From IMG/VR virus record IMGVR_UViG_3300012979_000027, positions 64,001-128,000 of that record: a stretch of 64,000 nt of DNA. The stretch is one strand, 5' to 3'. Made by a program: the position numbers and the translations under genes. The first letter of the stretch is position 1; each line of letters starts with the position of its first letter. This DNA comes from a virus. Taxonomy: Duplodnaviria; Caudoviricetes. This document shows positions 20,496 to 31,253 of the stretch, one piece after another. The notes beneath the pieces were generated by a model. That model saw only the letters and a program-made list of their open reading frames with translations. It was not told the origin of the DNA and searched no databases.

Positions 20496-21000
20496 TATAG
20501 ACCTTACTAATATTATTAAAAAACGATATAATTTATCATCTCCTGTAGACTCAGATATAAATTTAAATAAAATACTAAAGGAAGATATTTTATATTCAGA
20601 TATAAATGATTTAAAGCCCGAAATATATAATACTCCCAGTTTAGCAGCTGATAAAGATTATAAAGATATTTCATTACTTACCAATGAAAAAAGTGTTTTA
20701 AATTCGGTTAAAAATATTTTAACTACTCAATTTTGTAGCAGACTTTTGAACCCTGAAATAGAATTAGACCTTAGAAAGTATTTGTTTGAAACTTTAAGTG
20801 AATCAAAGGCTTATTTTTTAGGATATGAAATTTCTACATATCTTCCTTTATATGAACCCCGCATTAAAATAAAAAAGATAAAAATTTTAACACATTATAC
20901 CTCAGATAGTTATACAATAGAATTATCTCTTTATATTCCATCTTTAGATAAAAATGTTAATCTAAAATCTACTTTAGATATTGATGGATTTACATTTTAA
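20488..21000 (+). CDS. Baseplate wedge subunit (gp25-like)
   Basis: SVKNILTT...RLLNPE...LFE...YEPRI motif. Confidence 0.85.
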   Translation: MANIDLTNIIKKRYNLSSPVDSDINLNKILKEDILYSDINDLKPEIYNTPSLAADKDYKDISLLTNEKSVLNSVKNILTTQFCSRLLNPEIELDLRKYLFETLSESKAYFLGYEISTYLPLYEPRIKIKKIKILTHYTSDSYTIELSLYIPSLDKNVNLKSTLDIDGFTF

Positions 21001-21015
21001 AATTTAAAATATTTT

Positions 21016-21237
21016 ATGAAATTAACTTATGATTCTTATATTTCCGCATTAAGTGCATTTTACCAAGCAGCACTTGCATGGAAAAATGCAAATGATGCAA
21101 ATAGCGAAACAAAAGATACAAATTTGAAACTATTAAAAGAAAAAGCTAAAATTCTGCAAGAAGAATTAAAAAAATTACCAAGTAGTATGGTTAGACCTAT
21201 GGTTTTAGAACATATAGAAAAAGCCCTAAATTTATAG
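21016..21237 (+). CDS. Small hypothetical protein
   Basis: 73-aa ORF filling the gap, convergent with the clamp loader gene. Confidence 0.55.
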   Translation: MKLTYDSYISALSAFYQAALAWKNANDANSETKDTNLKLLKEKAKILQEELKKLPSSMVRPMVLEHIEKALNL

Positions 21238-21243
21238 GGCTTT
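21221..21243. terminator. Bidirectional terminator-like hairpin over convergent stop codons
   Basis: AAGCCCTA-aattta-TAGGGCTT. Confidence 0.5.
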
Positions 21244-22173
21244 AATTAATTTAAAAAGACATGCAAAAGCATTAATTTCCGGGTCTATAACTTCTTCAAA
21301 TCTATAAAGATAATCTGCAATCGTTATAGTCCAATTTGGCTTAATTTCATCATCTACTAAGTCTGAATCTATGATAAGATGATAAAAATCGCTGAGGAAA
21401 GAAGCATAATCATTATTAAATGCTGATTCATTTGAAATAATATATTCTCGAAGAGCAAGATGGTTCTTTTCAAGAACTAAATCAAGTACCTTTTTAATAA
21501 AAATTGAATCAACACTAAAATCCTTTAACTTTAAAACCCCATCAAATACACAAGATTGAATATTCTTAATAATAGAGCGTATATCTGGATATAGACGTTC
21601 AATAAGGCTCTTCAACTTAGGAAGTTCACGCTCGGCATCAATTTTAATATTTTCTGCTTTTAGAATCTGCATAACACGTTTTACAACACCATTCTTTGGT
21701 GGAGTAATATCAATAAACTTGCATCGAGAACGAATTGCATCATGAATTCTATTTTTATGATTTGCAGTAATAATAAATCGAGTATTATCTGATACCTCTT
21801 CCATTAATGCACGAAGAATACGCTGAGCTTGCGCATTAGCAAAACCATCAGCTTCATCGAGAATTACTATCTTAAACTTCCCATTTGAAGAAAGAGTTCG
21901 AGAAAAACCGGTAATCTTAGTTCGAACTACTTCTACATTATTTTCATCAGAAGCATTAACATACAATGTGTCGCATTGAAAAATATTATAAGCTAAAAGT
22001 TTAGCAAGTGAAGTCTTACCTTGTCCAGGGCGAGAACAAAGAAAGATATTATCTATAATATCTTCATTAATGTACTTTTCGACAAGATTGCGGGCTTCAT
22101 CACTAAGCACAATATCGTTAAGAGTTTGTGGACGATATTTTTCTGTCCAATCTGAACTAATTTGATTTAACAT
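21232..22173 (-). CDS. Sliding-clamp loader ATPase subunit (T4 gp44 / RFC small subunit-like)
   Basis: WTEKYRPQTL, PGQGKTS, NASDE, IVILDEAD, IRSRC. Confidence 0.93.
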   Translation of the reverse strand: MLNQISSDWTEKYRPQTLNDIVLSDEARNLVEKYINEDIIDNIFLCSRPGQGKTSLAKLLAYNIFQCDTLYVNASDENNVEVVRTKITGFSRTLSSNGKFKIVILDEADGFANAQAQRILRALMEEVSDNTRFIITANHKNRIHDAIRSRCKFIDITPPKNGVVKRVMQILKAENIKIDAERELPKLKSLIERLYPDIRSIIKNIQSCVFDGVLKLKDFSVDSIFIKKVLDLVLEKNHLALREYIISNESAFNNDYASFLSDFYHLIIDSDLVDDEIKPNWTITIADYLYRFEEVIDPEINAFACLFKLIKAL

Positions 22174-22223
22174 ATTTTTATTGTGTTAAAGTTCTGATAT
22201 AAGCTTTAGATAAATAAAATTAT

Positions 22224-22790
22224 ATGGCAGTAAATCAAACAATTGGTAAATTTATTCAGGTAGCCAGCACTAAAGATTTTGCACGTGATAATCTTTTTCG
22301 TATCATGCAATTAAGTTGTAAAAATCTTACTCTTTCAGAAGAAGATTTAATTTATGCAAAAGGAGGTAAGTTACCTGGACGTAATACACCTGTAAGCGAT
22401 AATGTAAAATATATGGGTATGACTCTTCCTTATTCTAAATCAACAGTAGAATATCCTGGAAATACTGATTATGAAATAGAGTTTTACCTTGATAAAGATT
22501 CTGAACTCGTTCATAAATTCGAACGTGCTTCCCGACAAACATTCAATGATGCAACGACAACAGGCGACTGGCGTTTTCCAAATATTAATGACGTAATGAC
22601 TGTTGCTGCTCTTGATATTAATCTTGAACCTATAGAATATATTACATTTTATGGTGTTAGCTTCATTAAATTTGATGAATTAGATTTTAAAATCGCAGAT
22701 TCTTCAGGTGAAGCAATCACGGTAAAAGCTCATATTTCTTATTTGTATTATAAAAGAACAGGTTCTGATACAGTTTTTGCTGGTAGCTAA
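22224..22790 (+). CDS. Tail tube protein (T4 gp19-like)
   Basis: DFARDNLFRI, LPGR, YMG; 188 aa; own TAAATA and terminator. Confidence 0.7.
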   Translation: MAVNQTIGKFIQVASTKDFARDNLFRIMQLSCKNLTLSEEDLIYAKGGKLPGRNTPVSDNVKYMGMTLPYSKSTVEYPGNTDYEIEFYLDKDSELVHKFERASRQTFNDATTTGDWRFPNINDVMTVAALDINLEPIEYITFYGVSFIKFDELDFKIADSSGEAITVKAHISYLYYKRTGSDTVFAGS

Positions 22791-22793
22791 AAT

Positions 22794-22826
22794 AAAAGCG
22801 GTGATTTGAATCACCGCTTTTTTTTT
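22794..22826. terminator. Bidirectional intrinsic terminator
   Basis: AAAAGCGGTGATT-tg-AATCACCGCTTTTTTTTT between convergent genes. Confidence 0.85.
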
Positions 22827-22851
22827 ATAAAATATTTTATCAAAAATTATT

Positions 22852-23139
22852 TTAATAATTAATACCCAAATTAACCGGTATTAATTCATCTTCAGCTATT
22901 ATCCCAGTTTCTATAAAAACTTTTACTGTATTGTTAAAATAATTGCAAAAAGTTTCAAATGCATAATCCTCTCCTTGGCGAGCTATTAATGGACGAATAA
23001 ATTTTTGAATAACCGGGTCTTCAAAAACTTTAATTTGACAATCCTGGTTTCCAGGTGAAGCCAATTCAGGATCTTCATTAACCATATCCTGTAATCTATT
23101 TCGAACTTTACTCCAAGCGTGTGCTGTCATCGATGCCAT
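22852..23139 (-). CDS. Hypothetical protein
   Basis: 95-aa ORF in a tight minus-strand run. Confidence 0.6.
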   Translation of the reverse strand: MASMTAHAWSKVRNRLQDMVNEDPELASPGNQDCQIKVFEDPVIQKFIRPLIARQGEDYAFETFCNYFNNTVKVFIETGIIAEDELIPVNLGINY

Positions 23140-23141
23140 AA

Positions 23142-23468
23142 TTAATCTTCTATATTATATTCAAACTCAAAATCATTTGTAGAAAGATTATATATATTTC
23201 TATAACTTTCAATAAGACCCCTTAATAGTTGACGATATTTTGTTAAACATTTATTATCCGTATTAGCAAAAAGAAGAGCCTCACAAAGATAACGATTTAC
23301 TTTCTTAGAAAAATAATTTTTATAAATTCCTTTAGTTTCAAAGGAAATAACTTCTGATAGCGCTTTATCAAAGGCATTGGCGCAATTTTGTAAACCACTT
23401 TCAAGAAGGTAATCTTTCATTTCAGAAAGCACAACTAATCCTTTTTTATCAAATGAATTATGCATCAT
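23142..23468 (-). CDS. Hypothetical protein
   Basis: 108-aa ORF in a tight minus-strand run. Confidence 0.6.
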   Translation of the reverse strand: MMHNSFDKKGLVVLSEMKDYLLESGLQNCANAFDKALSEVISFETKGIYKNYFSKKVNRYLCEALLFANTDNKCLTKYRQLLRGLIESYRNIYNLSTNDFEFEYNIED

Positions 23469-23488
23469 GATACTTTAATATTTATCAT

Positions 23489-23737
23489 TTAAGAGAAAAA
23501 AATCAAAAAATCAGGCTCTTGATTTAAAAAATTATCTTTTAAATTTATATAGCATTTGAAAAAAAATTTACCAGGTATATTAAAAATTGAGCTGAATTGA
23601 AGATATATTTTATTGTCTTTATCAATATCTAAATCATTTAATTTTTCTAATATTTCATTATAATAATTATCCTGAATTTCTATTGGAGTATCTATAAAAT
23701 ATAAATTATCAATTTCCATCATTTTCTTTATTTTCAT
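23489..23737 (-). CDS. Hypothetical protein
   Basis: 82-aa ORF. Confidence 0.5.
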   Translation of the reverse strand: MKIKKMMEIDNLYFIDTPIEIQDNYYNEILEKLNDLDIDKDNKIYLQFSSIFNIPGKFFFKCYINLKDNFLNQEPDFLIFFS

Positions 23738-23870
23738 TATTTTCTTTATTTCTTAAAATATACCCAGAATAATTACATTCTACACAAGATAATCCGTTTG
23801 ATATAATAGGACAATCAGTTTTACATAAACCTTTACGGCAAACAATTATATATGTATTTTTATTTTTCAT
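23709..23870 (-). CDS. Small Cys-rich protein (53 aa, not in the ORF track)
   Basis: MKNKNTYIIVCRKGLCKTDCPIISNGLSCVECNYSGY...; starts 1 nt after the upstream stop. Confidence 0.5.
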   Translation of the reverse strand: MKNKNTYIIVCRKGLCKTDCPIISNGLSCVECNYSGYILRNKENNENKENDGN

Positions 23871-23871
23871 A

Positions 23872-24708
23872 TTATAAATCTAGCATATTAGAATTAACAT
23901 GATTTAAGATATTATTAGACTTAGATTTTTCATTTTGTTTTTCTTTATCTTCTATAAAATTTTTATATAAAATAGTAGTTTCTAAAGGTGTCATCTTTAA
24001 AAAATCTGACCAACTTACTTTTATATAATGAGTCACCAAATATTGCATATTATAAAAATTATCCAATAAATCTTTATATATATATGCAATAGAATAAAAA
24101 ATATTAGAAGATAAAATATTTTCAGTTATATCATTAGTATCGGGAATATCTTTTGTAATATCTACTTCTAATGAAAAATTTTTAATAATTTCATTATTAA
24201 GATTATTTAATAATTTAGTAGAAGTAACATTTCTTAAAGATTCGATATTTTCTGAAGATACATTAATTTTTTCTATACTACGCAACGAAGATAAAAAATC
24301 AATAATAATAGTATTATTATCATCAAATATTAAATTAATAGGATAATGTATTTTAGAATTCCAATTATGAAAAATATATGATTTACTTTTTTTCTTATAT
24401 TTTGATTCAAGCGAATCTAACATTATGTTTAATGATACTTCTACATTATCAAATTTTTCAGACTTTAAAGATATTGAAGTTCTTACTGAATAAAAATAAT
24501 AAGCTATATAGATATAAGCTTTATCGCAAATATCTAAAGATTTAAATTCGGGAATAGAATCTACTAAAAGAGCGTCTAAAGCATTATAAAAACCTTTAAA
24601 ATTATTTCCATTTAAAAATTTTAATAATATTAAATAATTTTCATTTGTTAATTCTTTTAAATTGAATTCTTTTCCACTTGGAACTGTCAGGTAATTGTAA
24701 TATTCTAT
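23872..24708 (-). CDS. Baseplate hub assembly protein (gp26-like N-terminus with gp51-like C-terminus), probable non-AUG start
   Basis: Frame is open about 95 codons upstream of ATG 24423 (YLTVPSGKEFNLKELT...DKAYIY); C-terminal SWSDFLKMTPLE motif. Confidence 0.6.
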   Translation of the reverse strand: MEYYNYLTVPSGKEFNLKELTNENYLILLKFLNGNNFKGFYNALDALLVDSIPEFKSLDICDKAYIYIAYYFYSVRTSISLKSEKFDNVEVSLNIMLDSLESKYKKKSKSYIFHNWNSKIHYPINLIFDDNNTIIIDFLSSLRSIEKINVSSENIESLRNVTSTKLLNNLNNEIIKNFSLEVDITKDIPDTNDITENILSSNIFYSIAYIYKDLLDNFYNMQYLVTHYIKVSWSDFLKMTPLETTILYKNFIEDKEKQNEKSKSNNILNHVNSNMLDL

Positions 24709-24754
24709 TTTTATAATATTATTTTATCATAGTTCTGAGAAAATAAATAAAGTT

Positions 24755-25183
24755 ATGCTTATTAAAGATATTTTAATTCTGTTAAAAGAATATAATTCAT
24801 CTAAAACAAATACTACTTTATCTTATAGTGGCGGTAAAAAAGCTTCAGGAAAAAATTATGATAATATTATAACAGGTAAAACAAAGCCATATAAAAATAA
24901 TGAATATGAAACAAAATATGCAAAAGTATTTCCTGCTCTTGCAGAAATGGTTAAAAAACTAAAATCTAATGCTATTAAAGGAGATATAATTGTAACGGGT
25001 CCTGCATTAATAGAACTTCAAAATTTGCTAAAAGCATATAGGCCCAAAGAAACAGTTGATGGTAACTATTCTTTACCATTTGGAGATAATATTCAGATGA
25101 AATACAAAGCTAATAATATTTTTATAGGATATAACAAACCTGATAAATTAAATTCTCCGACATCTCTTGATATAACAAAATAA
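24755..25183 (+). CDS. Hypothetical protein
   Basis: 142-aa ORF with TAAATA 5 nt upstream. Confidence 0.6.
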   Translation: MLIKDILILLKEYNSSKTNTTLSYSGGKKASGKNYDNIITGKTKPYKNNEYETKYAKVFPALAEMVKKLKSNAIKGDIIVTGPALIELQNLLKAYRPKETVDGNYSLPFGDNIQMKYKANNIFIGYNKPDKLNSPTSLDITK

Positions 25184-25185
25184 TT

Positions 25186-27294
25186 ATGGAAAAGGTTAAA
25201 CATATACCCGCTGATATTTTTGAAGAAATGGCGGGTTTAAAGGATATTTCTTCTAATACACCAAATAAAGAAGATAATATCATTTCAGAACCTATTATTT
25301 CTCCTATAAATTATAAGAGATTAGAAATAGCTTCTAAAGCGTTTAACTCTAAAATTGATAAAAAAATACATAATTCTTTTTATAAAGTTATTAAAAAAGT
25401 TTTTAATTATCAAGAACAGAATTTAAATTTATTAAATTCTCCAAATAAAAAAATTATTCTTAAAGAAGGTAATTCTGAAGATAAAAAAATTAAAAAAACT
25501 ACTAATATTTTAAAAAAAATATTTAAAAAATTATCTAAAGCTATTAAAAAAGCTGCTAAACTTTTTTTTAAAGTTTTTGCTAAATTATTAAAATGGTTAG
25601 GAAAATTAGCATTAAAAGCAACTAAAATTATATTGAATATTTTTGGAAAATTATTAACAAAAGCTGTTAAAAAATTAAGTAGTATAATTTCCAAATTAAC
25701 TCAAACAATTATTAAAATAACTAAATTTATTTTTAAAAATGTTGCCAAATTAATAAAAAGTATATGGCGAATTTTTAGAAATTTATTTTTTAGAGGTAAA
25801 GGTAGCAAAAAAATGTTTAAGGGAGAACCTGGACCTCAAAGTATGAATTTACCTAAACAAAAACCAATAAAAGGTTCAAAGATACAAATGAAAATAACAG
25901 TTAAAGCTGTGACCAATAAATCTTTGTTTATTATGAAGTTTTTAAAGAAAATGTTTTCCAGCGCATTTAAATTTTTAGATAAATTTATTATAAAAATTTT
26001 AGGAAAAACTGTTAAAAAAATAGTAGGTACAATAAGCAAAATAATTACTAAATTTATAGTTGGTCAAGCTGTAGGTTCTGTTTTACCTCTTTTAGGAAAT
26101 AGTATTGCATTAGCTATATCAATTGGTTTTACAATACATGAATTATATAATACAGTTGATTTTGTATTGGGGCTTAATAACGAAATAGAATTATTAGGAA
26201 AAGATATAATTAAAGACAAAACTTTTGATGAAAATAACGATATAGAAGATGATGATATAGAAGATAATACATCTATTTTCGAAGAAAATTATATAAATTA
26301 TAATGAAATTTTAAAAATATTAAAAGAGAAAGAAAAGAAAAAGGAAAAAGATGAGGATGCTTTTAATGATTATATTGTATTAAAAAAACAATATTTAGAT
26401 AATATACTTGAAGTATATAAAGATAATAAAAACTATATAAAAATAATTCAAGAAAGAATACAATCTGAAGATATTGAAAATTTAGATATTTTTAAATTAC
26501 AAAGGGAAATAATAATTCAACAAAGTATAGAAGCATCTAATGAAGAAGATAGATATGATAAAGAGATAATTAATGATAATAAAATTAAATCATTAATAAG
26601 TCAAGATAAAGATTTAACTTTTGTTAATATATGGTCTAATTTAATAACTTATATTAAAATTAAATTATTGAATTATTTTAATAAATCTTTAAATTATACT
26701 AGCGAATTACCTTCTTATAAAATATTTTTAGATAAATTATCTTTTTCTATAAAAGATAAAAAGAAAGAAAATAATTTAAACAATTATTCTTTTAAAAATA
26801 ATTTTATATTTAATAATTTAGATTTTAATTATTATAAACCTTCATCAAGTACTAATTTTTATAAATTAATTCTTGATACTAATTGGGATTTTAATTTAGA
26901 AAATAATTTTATAGACAAAAGTGTTAATTATTCTAATAATTATCAAAAATATATACCTGATATAACTATACCTGTAATGAATATAGATAATTATAAATTA
27001 TTTGTTAATAGTTTTTGGAGGCCAGAAAATGAATATGAAAGAAAAGAAAGAGTAAAACAAGCTGAATATAAAATACTTGATACAGAGAATAAAGAAAATT
27101 TAGATACTGAATTTACACCTCAAATGCCATTTTATAAAGTTATAGATAAAATTAATACTTATAAAGTGGATGTTTTATCAGAAACTAAAATATATAGAGA
27201 TGAAAAAACTAATGAAAATTATCTTAATAAAATTAAATTTTTTAGGTGGGTTGATATTCTCAACCAGCTGATAGAGAGAAAGAGAATTTCATAA
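25186..27294 (+). CDS. Tape-measure-like or baseplate hub protein with Lys-rich amphipathic helices and a hydrophobic segment
   Basis: KKIFKKLSKAIKKAAKLFFKVFAKLLKWLGKL helical repeats; VGSVLPLLGNSIALAISIG segment. Confidence 0.45.
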   Translation: MEKVKHIPADIFEEMAGLKDISSNTPNKEDNIISEPIISPINYKRLEIASKAFNSKIDKKIHNSFYKVIKKVFNYQEQNLNLLNSPNKKIILKEGNSEDKKIKKTTNILKKIFKKLSKAIKKAAKLFFKVFAKLLKWLGKLALKATKIILNIFGKLLTKAVKKLSSIISKLTQTIIKITKFIFKNVAKLIKSIWRIFRNLFFRGKGSKKMFKGEPGPQSMNLPKQKPIKGSKIQMKITVKAVTNKSLFIMKFLKKMFSSAFKFLDKFIIKILGKTVKKIVGTISKIITKFIVGQAVGSVLPLLGNSIALAISIGFTIHELYNTVDFVLGLNNEIELLGKDIIKDKTFDENNDIEDDDIEDNTSIFEENYINYNEILKILKEKEKKKEKDEDAFNDYIVLKKQYLDNILEVYKDNKNYIKIIQERIQSEDIENLDIFKLQREIIIQQSIEASNEEDRYDKEIINDNKIKSLISQDKDLTFVNIWSNLITYIKIKLLNYFNKSLNYTSELPSYKIFLDKLSFSIKDKKKENNLNNYSFKNNFIFNNLDFNYYKPSSSTNFYKLILDTNWDFNLENNFIDKSVNYSNNYQKYIPDITIPVMNIDNYKLFVNSFWRPENEYERKERVKQAEYKILDTENKENLDTEFTPQMPFYKVIDKINTYKVDVLSETKIYRDEKTNENYLNKIKFFRWVDILNQLIERKRIS

Positions 27295-27318
27295 TATAAA
27301 AATAAATAAATTTATATA

Positions 27319-29726
27319 ATGGCAGATAAAGTTATACCAGATAATATTATGACAGCTTTAGTAGAAAATACTAAAACTATAGATGCTAATACACAACTTA
27401 TAACTAACTTAACTGCCGAAAAAGATAAAAAAGATACAAATGAAAAAAATATAGTATCTGTTAATAAAGTAGAGGCTAACTTAACAGGAGATGAACGTAA
27501 AAGATATGCTAATATAGGTAAAGAACTTTTTAAACCATTATTAAGTTCATTAGAAAATCTCTTGAAACGTGAAAAAAAGAAAAAAGAAATGCTTATTCAG
27601 GATGATGCTTCTACTATTAATAAAGCAGTTAAAATTCAATACGATAAAGAAAGTTCTCCTGAAAAAGAAAAGAGTTCTTGGCTTACAACATTATTGCTTA
27701 TTTTAGGAGCTATACGGAGGTGTTGTATATTATTTTAGAGATAAAATAGCTAATTTTTTTACAGATGCTTGGGCTGAAATAGAAAAAATGTTTTCATCGA
27801 TTGGAACGTTTTTTGATTTTTCTAATAAAGAAAGTCCTATATTTCAAATACTCAATACAATTACTTCTGAATTAGATAAGCTTTGGAATACAATTAAACC
27901 TATATTTAATAATTTAGGAAATATGGGTGATACCATATGGAATGGAATTAAAAATGGTTGGGATACGTTTATTACCGGTGAAAATGGTATATTATCATTT
28001 GGGGCAAAGGTAGTTCAAGGTCTTATAGATTTTGCTAAAGCTCCAATTAATTGGCTTGTTGAAGCAATTAAAGATGCAGTAATTGCCCCTATTCAAAATA
28101 TATTCAGTGGTATTCTTGAAGATGCAAATGAAAAAGCAGATGAAGCAGCTCGTGATATACGAGTAGAAATGAATCAAAAATCAGCTGAAGAACAAATTAA
28201 GCAGCAAGCACTCGCTAATAGTGCTTTAGATAATTCTAAAAAGGGAGCGAATGCTCTTATTGATACTGCAAGATTAGTAAAAGAAGAATCTCAAAAAAAA
28301 GCAAAAGAACAAGGAATAAAATTAGATAATAAAGGAAATATAGATAAAGATGCTTTAAAACAAAAAACTATTCAAAATGCGTTGATAGATTTTTTAAAGC
28401 AAAAAAATTTAGATTTTGATAACTTAGAAAAAGAATATCAGCAAAATATTTTAGAAGAGTTATCTAAACATATAGTTATAGATGATTCAGGTTCTGCTAA
28501 TATAAAAATGGATGAATTTAAAGAAGCAATAGCTTCTATTAAAGGAGACGGGTGGATTGTAGATTCTTCTGAAGTAGATGCATTACAAGGTATTTCGCAA
28601 CCAGAAGTAAATAGCATGGAATCTTCTATAAGAGCCTCACTCTTGAAACGGACTTGAATTAGATACAAATATTCGTGCAGCTGAAAATTTAATTAATTCA
28701 CCTAAAAATAATACAGATACGAAATCTGAAATAGCAGATACAACTTCTAAAAAAGAAACTGTTATAAATGCAGAAAATATGCCTTCTGATTCAACAGTTG
28801 ATAATTCTAAACTGTTTGAAGCAAAGGATATAATTTTAAAATCTGTAAAAATAATTCAAGATACATTTAATGAATATAATGAAAATGTAAAAACTACTAT
28901 TAGTAAAATTTTAGAAAATCAATTAAACAATTTGTTTTCTAATTTAAAAGTAGATATTGAAACTGATAATGTTAAAAAAACGTTTGATGAAATATTTGAA
29001 AAATATATGAATGATTTTTCAAATAAAGAAGAATCATTTAAATTAATTTTATCAGATTATATAAATTCATTTTTGTTAGAATTTAAATCTAATATTAATT
29101 TAGAATCTTTTTCAAAATCTTTTGATAGTATATGGTCAGAAAATATTAACAATTTTATATCTAATTTAAAAATTTATCTTGATGATAATGTAGTTCGAAA
29201 TGTTTTTGAAAAGTTATTAGATGTATATTCTGATGAAATTATATCTAATTTAAAAATTTCAGTAGATGAAAAATTATTAGAAAATGCTTTCAATAAAACA
29301 TGGGAAATTTATATTAATAAGATTTCAGAAAATATTAATAATTTACAAAATGTTTTTACAAAATCATTAGAAAATAATTTAAGTAACTTAATTGCAAATT
29401 TAAAAGTTTATATTGAGACAGTAGCACCGCAAGATAATTCGCATAATACATATAATATAACTCCTATTCACAAAGAATCTCTTCAAAATATGTCTAATCA
29501 ACTTGTAAGATTAGCACGAGAATCGGTAGATATTATTCAAAAACAAAATGCAGTTTTAAGCGAAATTAAAGAATTGTTAAAAGAACCAACAGCGCAAAAT
29601 ATTACATATAATAGTATCAATACTCCTCAGCAGACAACTAATGAAAAAAATGGAAATAACTATATTTCTAAAGCAGGCAAAAGTGTTATTAATGATTTAT
29701 GGTCTTCTGTATCATCTTGGAATTAA
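27319..29726 (+). CDS. Tape-measure or hub-like protein, ~801 aa, joined from three ORFs by +1 shifts at CGGA 27715 and CGGA 28649
   Basis: ATA [C]GGA GGT GTT GTA TAT runs stop-free into ORF 27788; AAA [C]GGA CTT GAA TTA runs stop-free into ORF 28779; Trp-spaced helical repeats. Confidence 0.7.
27715..27718 (+). other. +1 recoding site CGGA
   Basis: GGA GCT ATA [C]GGA GGT GTT completes a hydrophobic segment LLLILGAIGGVVYYF. Confidence 0.8.
28649..28652 (+). other. +1 recoding site CGGA
   Basis: TTG AAA [C]GGA CTT GAA; the 0-frame stop TGA follows two codons later. Confidence 0.8.
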
Positions 29727-29738
29727 TAAATAAAAATA

Positions 29739-30935
29739 ATGGCTGACAAAAATAGTATAATTAGCTCTGCAAGGCTAAAAAAACTTCAAAATTATTTTAT
29801 AGAAAAATCATTTAAAGTCGGTAAAAATAAAGAATTATCAGAAATTATTGATATTATTTCTGATTATGCTTGGACTGCTGATGATATTATAAAGTCCAAT
29901 ATAACTAATAATGAAAATAGTGATGAACAACTTGATGAATTGCTCAAAGGTAAAGTTGTTAAAAATAATAATATTCCATTTTGTTATATAATTGAACGTA
30001 AATCAGCGGCTAATGCAGGTATAGCTAATGTGCTTAATATTTTAAATTCAGCTGAACAAACTATGCAAAAGGTGAGCGATAGTATTGGTAATGTTTTAGA
30101 CCTATTTAGTGCTGATGATAAGGCTAAAGATTTAGTTACAACAACAACGACAACTGCTTCCAGTTTAATTAATAGAGGGTTAGAAAAATTAAAAGGAGGG
30201 ACAAAATTTGATGAACTATTAAAAAAAAATAATTTAAATCTTGATATTTTATCTCCTTACAAATATCTATATATAACTAAAGAAACGGGTAAAAAATATG
30301 TAATGCCGCTTGTTAATAATTCTTCTTCTTTTACAACTCTTAAAAATACTTGGGGAAAAGGTAAGATGCTACCAGATCCTCTTCAAAAAGTAGTTAATTG
30401 GTTTAATGATAAAGTTGGATTTGTATCGGGAGCTGCTAATTTAGCTGATAATATAACAAATTTTATTAATGGTTCTGGTGATGATACTGGATTTGTTCAA
30501 GAGTTACCAAAAAGTTATAATTATCCTCAAAATGGAGATTCTGCAACAGTAAATTTTACTTTATATAATACAACTAAATTAGATGAATGGAAAAAAAATT
30601 ATAAATTTTTATTTTTATTTTTTTTACGAAATCTACCAATGCGTACTGATGCAACATCATTCGTTCCACCTCTTTTATATGATATAATAATACCAGGTGT
30701 AAAAAGATTACCTATTTGTGCTGTTGAAAGTATAAATGTAACTCCACATGGAATGACTAGAAGTTTAACTTGCCCTAATTTTATAGAAGATGATATAGAA
30801 AATAATTTAATTGTTAATGTCCCCGAAGCATGGGAAGTAACAATAAATTTTAAATGTTTAATTGGAAATTCTATGAACTTAATTTTAGCGGGTACTTATG
30901 GAGGTTTAAATATAGAAACTGTCACTGCTGATTAA
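29739..30935 (+). CDS. Baseplate tail-tube cap (gp48-like), tentative
   Basis: C-terminal PP...I-I-P-G...C-A-V-E-S-I-N-V-T-P...P-E-A-W-E-V-T-I-N-F pattern; precedes the gp53-like gene. Confidence 0.5.
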   Translation: MADKNSIISSARLKKLQNYFIEKSFKVGKNKELSEIIDIISDYAWTADDIIKSNITNNENSDEQLDELLKGKVVKNNNIPFCYIIERKSAANAGIANVLNILNSAEQTMQKVSDSIGNVLDLFSADDKAKDLVTTTTTTASSLINRGLEKLKGGTKFDELLKKNNLNLDILSPYKYLYITKETGKKYVMPLVNNSSSFTTLKNTWGKGKMLPDPLQKVVNWFNDKVGFVSGAANLADNITNFINGSGDDTGFVQELPKSYNYPQNGDSATVNFTLYNTTKLDEWKKNYKFLFLFFLRNLPMRTDATSFVPPLLYDIIIPGVKRLPICAVESINVTPHGMTRSLTCPNFIEDDIENNLIVNVPEAWEVTINFKCLIGNSMNLILAGTYGGLNIETVTAD

Positions 30936-30952
30936 TTTACAATTTTAATAAT

Positions 30953-31246
30953 ATGAAGGATTATAGTAGTATTTTTAACAAATATAATACTGAAGAGAAT
31001 ATTCCCTTTTTTATGTTAAACAAAAAAATAGAATTTCCTTCTGATAGAAAATTATATATATATGATACATTGGTTGTTTCTTCTGATACACCCTGGACTA
31101 CTTTAAGCTACCAAATATATGATACAATTGATTATTGGTGGGTTTTGTGTTTATTAAATCCTTCTTTTTTATTTTATGCTCCGGATGGTGAAACCATATA
31201 TTTTATTAAAGAAGAATATCTTTTTGATTTGTTAAGTTTTATCTAA
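30953..31246 (+). CDS. Baseplate wedge protein (gp53 / LysM-like)
   Basis: LSYQIYDTIDYWWVLCLLN motif. Confidence 0.75.
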   Translation: MKDYSSIFNKYNTEENIPFFMLNKKIEFPSDRKLYIYDTLVVSSDTPWTTLSYQIYDTIDYWWVLCLLNPSFLFYAPDGETIYFIKEEYLFDLLSFI

Positions 31247-31253
31247 TTTTGTT

